This document shows, piece after piece, positions 50,492 to 58,922 of a DNA stretch of 64,000 bases. The notes beneath the pieces are model-generated. The model was given only the letters and a program-made list of their open reading frames with translations, ran no database searches and was not told where the DNA came from. Location: NCBI GenBank assembly GCA_964559435.1, contig CAZLHI010000002.1, positions 1,168-65,167 of the forward strand, given 5' to 3'. How positions within the stretch are numbered: position 1 is the first letter of the stretch; the number at the start of each line of letters is the position of its first letter. Both the position numbers and the translations under genes were made by a program. Source of the stretch: an uncultured bacterium (GTDB lineage: Bacteria > Armatimonadota > Hebobacteria > Hebobacterales > Hebobacteraceae).

Positions 50492-52129
50492 CTAGTCGAG
50501 GTCGAGCCAGGCCGTTCTCAAGTAGGGAGTGATCCCCTCGGTTTCGGCCAGCAGGTGCGCGTCGTAGATATCGATGCCGGAAGGACTGCTCCGCGCCGCC
50601 GACACAATGGTGCGGGCGAGGCGGCGGCCGTCCAAGCGGCCTGTGCCGAAGTCCGTGACCTCGACGTGCGCGATGAGCCTGGAGCGACCGCGCACCATCT
50701 CCTTTGCCTGGCTGACAGCAACCTCCGTCCATTCGGGCGTGAAGGTGACTGGGTCACCGTATACGGCGGCCCACTGCTGCCATATCAACTCCGCCTGTAG
50801 CACGTCCGGGCGGTCCGGGCTGTCGAGAACGCCGTTCAGATCGAAGCCTATGGCGTCCCGGACCTGCTCAATTGACATCAGCTTTCCGTCGCGGCGAGCG
50901 GTGAGAACTGTTGTGACATGGACCTCTCGTCTGTAGCCGTGTGCGAGCCTGCTGCTGGCCAGCAGCAGTCGCGTGAGGCCGTCGGCACGGAACTTGCGCC
51001 ACGTATCGCTGGGAATTGCCGCGGCGGGATGAGCCTGGGCGAACTGCGTGCGGCAGTGCTCGCAGTGACAGGCGTGGTCTCCCCAGCGGTCCAGCTGGAA
51101 CTCCGCGAGGTCTACGCCGTCCAGCTCGGGATAGCTCGTAAGGAGTTCATCCAGCAGGCCAAGCCACCACTCGACGACCTCGGGGTTTCGCACACAGAGG
51201 AAGTAGCTGTCGCCATCCGGCTTGTAATCGGTGCCGTCGGCGTTCTTCTGCCGCCAGGAGGAATGCGCCTCCCACATCTGTTTGTGCTGCACGCCCTGCA
51301 CCCACGCGATCACTTTGATCTCCCGGCGATGGGCTTCCCTCAAGACGTGTCGCAGGAGGTCCTGACGGCCGTAGTCCTCCATGATGTTTCCGGGATACCG
51401 GGTGCGATAGCGAGCGCCGTAGACGCGGTTATAAGCATAGTAGTAGACCAGATTGACGCCCTGCTCGGCCCACGATGCGCTGAGCCGCTCGGCCAGCTGC
51501 CGGGCTGATAGACCGCGATCATAGTAGTAGCTTGCATCGAACCTGATGGCCCGCACCGGAGCTGTGCGCCGTTGTTGACGGCTCGGCTCGGCTGTCTGCA
51601 TCGGAGACACTCGAGGAGGCGAATGCGGTTCTGGTCCAGGGACCGGGGAAGCGACAACGGCCGGCGCCAGCCTCGGCGCGCTTGCGGCAGCAGGCGGCGG
51701 TTCGCTGGCTCGCAGCGCAGCCTCGTGAGAGGGGGCAACCGGTTCCGGCGCCGGCCTAGACGTGTGTTTCAACTCATGCCTGGCGGCGCGCATGCGCGAC
51801 AAGGAATCCTGCGCGGCCTGCGCTTCCGCGTGGCTGCTGGCGGGTGGGGCGACGGGCCAGCCTGCTGGGGCCCGCGCCGACGGCGCGGGCTTTTCCTCTT
51901 GGCCTTGAGGCGTGTCTGCCTTGGGGGCGTGCGTGTGGCCGCGGTCCGCGGGCGAGCTCGGAGCGGGCCGAGCGGCTGGCGCGCGCTTTGGTGCGCCGCG
52001 CAGCGATGACACACGTGGGCTGCGCCACGCGCGGCGCCCAGCTATTCCTGCCGCCAGGATTATCGACACGGCAAGGGGCAGCGGAAGCAGTAGCTGCCAT
52101 ATGCTTGCACGCGCCCGTCGTCTGATCAT
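50492..52129 (-). CDS. membrane-anchored GHL10/GH153-like glycoside hydrolase with Pro/Ala-rich linker
   Basis: N-terminal TM, low-complexity linker of about 150 aa, TIM-barrel domain (GVNLVYYYAY, IKVIAW, LCVRNPEV, DGVDLAE). Confidence 0.75.
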   Translation of the reverse strand: MIRRRARASIWQLLLPLPLAVSIILAAGIAGRRAWRSPRVSSLRGAPKRAPAARPAPSSPADRGHTHAPKADTPQGQEEKPAPSARAPAGWPVAPPASSHAEAQAAQDSLSRMRAARHELKHTSRPAPEPVAPSHEAALRASEPPPAAASAPRLAPAVVASPVPGPEPHSPPRVSPMQTAEPSRQQRRTAPVRAIRFDASYYYDRGLSARQLAERLSASWAEQGVNLVYYYAYNRVYGARYRTRYPGNIMEDYGRQDLLRHVLREAHRREIKVIAWVQGVQHKQMWEAHSSWRQKNADGTDYKPDGDSYFLCVRNPEVVEWWLGLLDELLTSYPELDGVDLAEFQLDRWGDHACHCEHCRTQFAQAHPAAAIPSDTWRKFRADGLTRLLLASSRLAHGYRREVHVTTVLTARRDGKLMSIEQVRDAIGFDLNGVLDSPDRPDVLQAELIWQQWAAVYGDPVTFTPEWTEVAVSQAKEMVRGRSRLIAHVEVTDFGTGRLDGRRLARTIVSAARSSPSGIDIYDAHLLAETEGITPYLRTAWLDLD

Positions 52130-52214
52130 CTCTGAGTTTCCGCTCCGCCTCGTTGCCTGGATGCGGCTGCGTCGCAGGACGCTCGTCCTCGGCCGGCGGT
52201 GCCCCCGAAGGGCC

Positions 52215-52248
52215 AAAAAGAGAGCCAAGGGGTCGATCCCCTTGGCTC
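52215..52248 (-). terminator. intrinsic terminator
   Basis: Perfect 11-bp stem GAGCCAAGGGG-N5-CCCCTTGGCTC followed by TCTTTTT on the minus strand. Confidence 0.75.
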
Positions 52249-52308
52249 CGGCTCAACCTTCGGCGCTTTGGCTCTAGGTCGCGCGCAGACGCAGTTGTCT
52301 ACAGGGCC

Positions 52309-52506
52309 TTATCGGTACTCGATCCTGAGGTCCTCCCCAGTAATCACAACGTCTCGTCGACAGAGCTTGCAGCGCAAAACGATAGTGTCACTACTTCTGT
52401 AGGCCCACCACTTCCCGCAGAGACACCGCACCTTGCTGAGTTCGGCCTCGTGGTCGGACGCCTGCGCGGACTTGGCGGACCCCTGCTTGGGGCGTACCGC
52501 ACACAT
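52309..52506 (-). CDS. small zinc-ribbon protein (Com-like)
   Basis: VRCLCGK...IVLRCKLCRR; upstream GGAGG; followed by a terminator. Confidence 0.65.
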   Translation of the reverse strand: MCAVRPKQGSAKSAQASDHEAELSKVRCLCGKWWAYRSSDTIVLRCKLCRRDVVITGEDLRIEYR

Positions 52507-52654
52507 CTGTCGATCAAACCTCCAGGCTCATCCGGGGGGAGTTGTTCCACATTCGACGCCCAAACCCACACTCGTGTTAGCTCGCTGGCTATACAGGCAG
52601 GCAGGTGTGCGAAGGAAGCCCGGCATGGGCGAGGTGCTGGGATGACGGGGATGG

Positions 52655-53893
52655 CTAATCGCTTGAGGATACGCCCGCGGCCACCTCGCCCAGGCCCGAC
52701 CGTAGGCGAGAAGCGATCAGCGAGAAATAGGGAAGTGCGATGAGCGTATAGCGCGGCATGTGATAAGTCAGCGCAGTCAGCACCACGAGAGACAATGCCG
52801 GCCAGACCACGTAGCGCGCCCGCGGATCGCGCCACGCTTCGACGGTGGCCGCCGCTGCCGCGAAGAAGAGCGCGAGCTGAGCCAGCAGTGACATGCTGAC
52901 CAGCCAACGCGGGGCATATTTCTGCATCCACTCATCGCTCTCAATTCCGGTCCACACGACCACCCGGCGCGCCGAGACGAGAAGATAGTGACCCGGATGA
53001 AGAAGGATCTCCCTGATTCCGGCGGCGGCGAAGTAGATGTCTTCCTCCGGCGCTGTGACACTGCTGGGTATCTCGGTCGGCCTCGGGGCCTCGTAATAGC
53101 CGCCGGTCTTGTTGTCGATGTGGTTCCCCATGTACAGAAGGTGGCCGAAAAAGGTGGTCATGAACACAGGCCGATCGTACACGAGGCTGCGGCTCGCGGC
53201 CCACGGAGTCAGCACAAGAGCCATGCAGACCAGGGCAACAGCGAGGGCCTTCCGCTGGCGCGAGAGAGACGCAATGATGCCTGGCAAAAGCAGCAGCACG
53301 TGGCACCGTGTGAGCACGGCGAGTCCGAGCGCACAGCCGTACGCAGCGGCCTCGCGAGACCGCAGCGGGCCGACACTCGCCAAGACGGACAGGGATACCA
53401 AGAAGATGGTCAGCGTCTCGGCGCCATGAACCGCGGAATAGACGATTGCATGAGGATACGAGGCGGTGATTGCGGCGGCCACCCAGGGATTTCCGCCCCA
53501 GCGGCGCGCGGCTGCAAACACGGCAAGAGCGCTGATGCCGCCCAGCACCGCCTGGACTACTGGAGCGACCCAGATGCTGGTGCTGGCAGAGTAAAGCAGA
53601 CCCAAGAAGAACGCATAGCCCGGCGGCCATAGCGATAGGACCCAGAGCGGCACCCGCGGGTCCGATCCCAGCAGGCTGGTCAGGCCGTAACGCCCGGCTG
53701 CAAGGCCGGCCTGCCTGTACCAGTAGAAGTCCGACTCCAGAGGGGGCAGGCACCACCACGCGAACAGCAGGCGGAGTGCTACGGCCAGCAGGCAGACTGA
53801 CGCAAGGGCCGCGCCCCCGAAACGTGACAGCTCGGGGAGTCGACGACCTTCATGGGCCGGTGATCCCTCCGTTGCCTCATGCGCCATGCTCAT
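52655..53893 (-). CDS. GT-C fold (ArnT/PMT-like) membrane glycosyltransferase
   Basis: ESD-x-x-x-Y, PPGY, AETL, LTR, PW-x-x-R, PRY motifs; many TM segments. Confidence 0.82.
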   Translation of the reverse strand: MSMAHEATEGSPAHEGRRLPELSRFGGAALASVCLLAVALRLLFAWWCLPPLESDFYWYRQAGLAAGRYGLTSLLGSDPRVPLWVLSLWPPGYAFFLGLLYSASTSIWVAPVVQAVLGGISALAVFAAARRWGGNPWVAAAITASYPHAIVYSAVHGAETLTIFLVSLSVLASVGPLRSREAAAYGCALGLAVLTRCHVLLLLPGIIASLSRQRKALAVALVCMALVLTPWAASRSLVYDRPVFMTTFFGHLLYMGNHIDNKTGGYYEAPRPTEIPSSVTAPEEDIYFAAAGIREILLHPGHYLLVSARRVVVWTGIESDEWMQKYAPRWLVSMSLLAQLALFFAAAAATVEAWRDPRARYVVWPALSLVVLTALTYHMPRYTLIALPYFSLIASRLRSGLGEVAAGVSSSD

Positions 53894-53980
53894 CGACGGC
53901 TGCGCGAGCCTCCCCCCTGCGCGGCTTCATCTCAGGCTGCTTCAGCCGGGCTGCGGATGCTGTCGTTTGGCCGATGTTGC

Positions 53981-54889
53981 CTAGAGCGGGATGGTGTGGA
54001 ACCAGGTGAGGATTCCGTCTTCTTCGTCGGCATATACGCCGATTGCCTGGTACGCGTTCATCTGATAGTAGAGCGCACCAACCCAGCCGTCTTGGCCCTC
54101 GAAGTAGGCACAGGCCCCGACTTGCGCGGGGACGTACCCGATGGGGATGTCGCGATTGTAGAAGACGAAGATCCAGGCCTTCCCGTCGTCGCGCAGATGC
54201 GCATCGCTGAGCCTCACCCCGTACACGTGTGCGTTTTCATCCCCGAAATCGGTCGCCTCACCGTAGAGACTTAGCCAGGACTCAAGTCCGATCTGCACCT
54301 CCACGCTGGTGCCGGTGTCGTCGAGGACGTCGAGCCAGTTCCCGCCCAGGGTCACCGGGACCCTCGCCTCCGGCCTCGTCAAGGGGATGGCCAGCCTCAC
54401 GGCTGTCATGCCCTCGTCGCTCGGGACTCGAGTGCCGGCGTAGGTGAAGCGTGTTGTACTCGTACCCGGTGTGAACGCAATGGTGCCGGCGATCGCTCTC
54501 AGTTCCCATCTGTTGATGTCCAGCCCGAGCTCTCCGCCGAGCAAACCTGGGGAGACGAGGACACCGGCAGGACCGAAGGGGATATACTTCCGCCCGCCGG
54601 CCAGATAGATGGGGCTGCGGTTGAAGTCCACGTAGGCATCTCCGACGAACGCCTTGTTATCGGCCGTGCCGCCAATCCACCAACCGTCAATCTTGGCACT
54701 CATGTAGTCTGCAATGGGTCCTGAGAAACCGGCGCTCAGCTGATAACGCGCCGTGTCTTCGCTCGAAAGCGACACTGTGTACTTAAAGAGGGATGGCCAC
54801 TTCGTCTCGGCACCGGCAGCGCCGGCCACCAGAAACAGCAGCGCGGTTACCAGCACGTAAGGCGCGGCGCAACGTGTTAGTCTCTCCAT
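53981..54889 (-). CDS. secreted hypothetical protein, possible outer-membrane beta-barrel
   Basis: Signal peptide; alternating aromatic/Gly beta-strand pattern (DAYVDF, LSLYGEA, GALYYQ). Confidence 0.65.
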   Translation of the reverse strand: MERLTRCAAPYVLVTALLFLVAGAAGAETKWPSLFKYTVSLSSEDTARYQLSAGFSGPIADYMSAKIDGWWIGGTADNKAFVGDAYVDFNRSPIYLAGGRKYIPFGPAGVLVSPGLLGGELGLDINRWELRAIAGTIAFTPGTSTTRFTYAGTRVPSDEGMTAVRLAIPLTRPEARVPVTLGGNWLDVLDDTGTSVEVQIGLESWLSLYGEATDFGDENAHVYGVRLSDAHLRDDGKAWIFVFYNRDIPIGYVPAQVGACAYFEGQDGWVGALYYQMNAYQAIGVYADEEDGILTWFHTIPL

Positions 54890-54991
54890 GTCATCTCTCT
54901 CCTATGAGGGTGGACTGCGCGATCAGCCAGTGAGCCTGAGCCCCGCCCTTCCTCGCCCAGCGCGCGGGCGGACAGCCGTGACGGCTGCTGT

Positions 54992-55000
54992 ATTATACCA
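54992..55000 (-). promoter_or_regulatory. extended -10 promoter element
   Basis: TGGTATAAT on the minus strand about 100 nt upstream of the 54889 start. Confidence 0.55.
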
Positions 55001-55098
55001 CGCGAGCACTTGCGCTCCCTGCCACAGGGCCCGCGAGACTACGTCCATTCCGGCTCGTCCGTCTCAGTCGCCCCCGGCCGCGGCGGCGGCTCTTTCCA

Positions 55099-56835
55099 TC
55101 AGGACGCACCCAGGCCGAAGGCTCGCGCGATGAACACCGCCATCTGGTCGCGCGTGACAACGTGCTCCGGGTGATACTTGTCGTCCGCGTATCCCCTCAC
55201 GACGTCCTTGCCCGCGCAGTACTCGATGTACTTGTAGGCCCAGGAGCCGGCGGGCACATCGAGGAAGGTGGGAGTGTCGGGTGGGTTGTAGCCTTCGAGC
55301 CCTTCATCGCCCGCCGGGGCCACGTCCGCCCGCGCGATGTAGGCGGCCATCTGCGCCCGATCGACCAGCTCGGATGGATGGTATCCGCCATCCGGGTATC
55401 CCTGAACGACGTTCACCTTCACCAGGAACTCGATGTACCTGTACGCCCAAAAGGAGTACCAGATGTCGTTGAAGTTCGGATCCAACGGCGGCTGGGGGAC
55501 TTGGGGGTCCCCGCCGGCAAGGGCGCGCGCAATGTAGACTGCCATCTGATCGCGGGCGACTTCCCAGGTGGGCCAGTAGAACTCAACGTCTTCGCAGTAT
55601 TCGCCTTTGCTGGTTCCGTATCCCTTCACGACGCCGGCCTCGTAGCAGGCCACGACCTGGGGCATGGCCCAGTGCCAGCAGCCGATGTCGTGGAAGGGGC
55701 CGCACGCGGTCTGGAGGCAGATCACCCGATCTCCATTCCGGTCCGCGACCCACACGGTGTCGTCGTTGGGATCGACGGTGAGAGAGGGGGCCTCGACGAT
55801 TCCGGCATAGGAGGCGCGGTGCGTGGCGTCGGGGTCCAGATGCACTATCTCTCCGGCTGCCGCCACCCAGCAGTCGCCGTGGCTCGGGTTGACCGCGAGC
55901 GCCCGGGGCCCCGGCACGCTCACCCTCTGCAGCTCCGTTGCGTCGGCACCCAGGTGGACCACTTCGCTCGCGTGCGGATCGGCCACCCAGCAGGAGCCGT
56001 CGGCCTCGTTGACGGCCACGGCCACCGGATACAGGAAGCTCCCTCCGCGCCACAGTTCCGTTCCGTCGGCGGCGAGATGGACCACCTGGGCATTGGCCTC
56101 GTCGGCGACCCAGGCGGTGCCGTCGCCGGAGTTGACCGAAACGGAAGTCGGGAGGTTGAACCCTCCCACCCGCCACAGGATCGCGCCCGCGCTGGAGAGC
56201 TTGAGCACTTCGTTGTTGCCTGTGTTGGCCACCCAGCAGGAGTTGTCGTTCCTGTTGATGGAGATGGAGCGCGGGTCAACGAGATCGAACACAGACCATA
56301 AGATGCGGCGTTCGTCGTCGAGGTGGAGGACCTGCCCCGGCTCGGCCACCCACACACTGTCGTCCGTCGGGCTGACCGCGAGCGCGGCCGGCGGGCGGAA
56401 GTCGTTGGTGAACAGGCCCAAGAAGTGCGGGATGGCTATGCACTGACACAGACTGCAGGTAGGACACGACCCGCCCCCACACGCACACGGGCCGGCGCAG
56501 CATTCCTCACAGTCGCATTCACATTTGAGCGGACACCATAGCTTCCGCTCGCGCCAGTGGGGAAACCCGATGATCACCCATCCGGGATGCTCGACGTCCC
56601 AGCTTCCGTGGCAGCATCCCACCCACTGGGCCCCGTACCAGCACCGGCCGTCGGACGTGTTGACCGCGATGGCGGTCGGGCCGCCGGCCCGGAGCGCATC
56701 AAGGTAGACCTGATCTTGACGCACCGGGACGACCCTTTGCTGAATCACCTCGGTCGCGGCGCTGACCATCCTGGCGCAGGCCATAAGCAATACTATTGAT
56801 ACTATTGTGGTGCCAAACACCATGCGTCCGAGCAT
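55099..56835 (-). CDS. secreted 7-repeat NHL-like beta-propeller with Cys-rich insert and 3 SLH domains
   Basis: Seven D-x-x-(C/V/A)W-VA repeats; SLH motifs HWA...RDQMA, RAQMA, TRDQMA. Confidence 0.88.
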   Translation of the reverse strand: MLGRMVFGTTIVSIVLLMACARMVSAATEVIQQRVVPVRQDQVYLDALRAGGPTAIAVNTSDGRCWYGAQWVGCCHGSWDVEHPGWVIIGFPHWRERKLWCPLKCECDCEECCAGPCACGGGSCPTCSLCQCIAIPHFLGLFTNDFRPPAALAVSPTDDSVWVAEPGQVLHLDDERRILWSVFDLVDPRSISINRNDNSCWVANTGNNEVLKLSSAGAILWRVGGFNLPTSVSVNSGDGTAWVADEANAQVVHLAADGTELWRGGSFLYPVAVAVNEADGSCWVADPHASEVVHLGADATELQRVSVPGPRALAVNPSHGDCWVAAAGEIVHLDPDATHRASYAGIVEAPSLTVDPNDDTVWVADRNGDRVICLQTACGPFHDIGCWHWAMPQVVACYEAGVVKGYGTSKGEYCEDVEFYWPTWEVARDQMAVYIARALAGGDPQVPQPPLDPNFNDIWYSFWAYRYIEFLVKVNVVQGYPDGGYHPSELVDRAQMAAYIARADVAPAGDEGLEGYNPPDTPTFLDVPAGSWAYKYIEYCAGKDVVRGYADDKYHPEHVVTRDQMAVFIARAFGLGAS

Positions 56836-56887
56836 TTCTCGGCCCTCCGGCGCGCCGGATTACCGGCCCGGCCTGCCCCCGGCCGGG

Positions 56888-58621
56888 CTAAGAGATCGGG
56901 AGCTTGAAGGCTCGGCGGATGTAGACGGCCATCTGGTCTCTGGTAACGGGTACGTCGGGGTGGTAGTGGCCGTCGACATAGCCCTGAACGACTCCGTTCT
57001 CCACACAGTACTCGACGTGCTTGTAGGCCCAGAACGGCTCCGTGCCGTCGTCACCGTAGCCGGTGTTGGGCACATCGGGGAAGTTGCGTGGGTCAGCAGG
57101 GACGTAGTCAGCGAGGGCGGCTTCGCCGGTCGGGGCCTCGAGGGAACGCGCCACGTATACCGCCATTTGCGCGCGATTGACTGCCTCGTATGGATTGTAA
57201 GAGCCATCCCCGTAGCCCTTCACGACGTTCTGGTCGTGGGCGTACTCTATGTACTTGTAGGCCCAATAGGAATACCAGACATCTGTGAAAGTTGGGCTGT
57301 AGTCACCCTCGGGCACGAAGGCATCGCCGCCGGCCAAGGCGCGCGCTATGTAGACAGCCATCTGATCCCGAGTCACGATGTACCCGGGGTGATAGGCGTA
57401 GTAGGTGGTGTATTCGCCAACCTCTTGGTACCCCCGCACGAGGTCGGCGTCGTAACACGCCACGATCTCGTGCAAGGCCCAGTGCCAGCAGCCGATGTCA
57501 GAGAACGGGCTGCAAACGGGGGCCAGCTGGATCACCGTGCCGCCGTCCTCATCCGATACCCAGACCGTGTCGTCAGGAAGGCTGACTGCCAGCTGTCCCT
57601 CGCCCGATGGCCCGATGGTGCCGGCGCGCATGGTACCATCCGGGTCGAGATGGACCACCTGTGAGCCGGAGATGACCCAGCAGTCGCCGTGCTTCGGATT
57701 CACGGCCAGCGCCCTTGGGGTCGTGAGCGACACCCGATGCAGCTCCGTGCCCTCTGAGTCCAGGTGCACGACGGCATCGGCGTGCTTGTCCGCCACCCAG
57801 CAGGAGCCATCTGCGCTGTTGACAGACACCGCAAGCGGATACACGAGGTCGCCTCCCCTCCACAGCTCCGATCCATCGGCGGCGAGATGAACCACCTGGG
57901 CGTTGGCGTTGTCGGCGACCCAAGCGGTGCCGTCGGCGGAGTTGACGGAGATCGATGTCGGCAGGTTGAAGCCTCCGATCCGCCAGAGGACCGAGCCCCC
58001 GCTGGAGATGCGCACCACCTCGTGGTTGTCTGTGTTGGCGACCCAGCACGAGCCATCCGTGGTGTTCACCGAGATGGAGCGAGGATTGACGTAGTCGATC
58101 CCATACCAGATCACATCGCCCCATCTGTCGAGGTGGAGGATCTGGCCCGGCTCGGCCACCCAAACGCTGCCGTCTCTGGGGTCAACAGCAATTGCGCCGG
58201 GGCGACGGAACTCCGTATAGGTGTGGGATAGGAAGTGCGACAGCGCGTAGCCGGGGTCATCGCACCTGTCGGTAGGATCAGGAAACTCGCATGGGACCTT
58301 GCACGGACCACACCAGCCCCACCGCTCCCAGAAAGGCGGGAAGTCAACCACCACCCAGTCGCCGATGTCTCCGTACCAGTAGTACCAGTCGCAGCACAGC
58401 ACCGAGAAGGCGCCGAACCACAGGTGGCCGTTGGAGGCGTTCACGCCGACCCCGGCGGGCCTCTCCGCGTAGAGGTACGTGACATCGATCGTACAATTGC
58501 ATTCGGATAACCAGCCCGGGGACAGCTGTACGGCCTCGATCGTTTCGAAGGCCGCCCATGCGAAGGCAGGGAGAAGCGAAAGCACACCAACCAAGCCGAG
58601 GAGAAGCGTCCTCTGTAGCAT
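56888..58621 (-). CDS. secreted 7-repeat NHL-like beta-propeller with 3 SLH domains (paralog)
   Basis: Collinear with 55099..56835. ATG at 58621 follows GGAGG. Confidence 0.88.
   Translation of the reverse strand: MLQRTLLLGLVGVLSLLPAFAWAAFETIEAVQLSPGWLSECNCTIDVTYLYAERPAGVGVNASNGHLWFGAFSVLCCDWYYWYGDIGDWVVVDFPPFWERWGWCGPCKVPCEFPDPTDRCDDPGYALSHFLSHTYTEFRRPGAIAVDPRDGSVWVAEPGQILHLDRWGDVIWYGIDYVNPRSISVNTTDGSCWVANTDNHEVVRISSGGSVLWRIGGFNLPTSISVNSADGTAWVADNANAQVVHLAADGSELWRGGDLVYPLAVSVNSADGSCWVADKHADAVVHLDSEGTELHRVSLTTPRALAVNPKHGDCWVISGSQVVHLDPDGTMRAGTIGPSGEGQLAVSLPDDTVWVSDEDGGTVIQLAPVCSPFSDIGCWHWALHEIVACYDADLVRGYQEVGEYTTYYAYHPGYIVTRDQMAVYIARALAGGDAFVPEGDYSPTFTDVWYSYWAYKYIEYAHDQNVVKGYGDGSYNPYEAVNRAQMAVYVARSLEAPTGEAALADYVPADPRNFPDVPNTGYGDDGTEPFWAYKHVEYCVENGVVQGYVDGHYHPDVPVTRDQMAVYIRRAFKLPIS
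57001..57088. repeat. near-identical SLH-coding segment shared with 59036..59123
   Basis: Both encode RNFPDVPNTGYGDDGTEPFWAYKH(V/I)EYCV with only a few nucleotide differences. A more diverged copy lies at about 59290-59350. Confidence 0.85.
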
Positions 58622-58922
58622 CGAGTCAGTCCTCCAAGCCATGGCCAGGCAGAGCCGGCCGATTGGCACGACAACACAGCCGGAGTACCGCGGCAGGACC
58701 CAGTGCGAGGTTGTCGCTCATCCCCTCGTCGTGCCTTGGCACCGGCCTAGCAGGCAACAGATTAGACAGGTCAGGCGGTCGAAAAGTTCTGGGCTCAGCA
58801 GGCCGCGACAGACCACGGGGGCTCGGCAGGAATGCAGCCGGGTACCCCCGGCGATGCCTCCGCCCCGAAGGAGTGCGGTCTGAGCTTGCCGATCGGCCCT
58901 TGTTCGGAGGCGGCGCCCGCCG

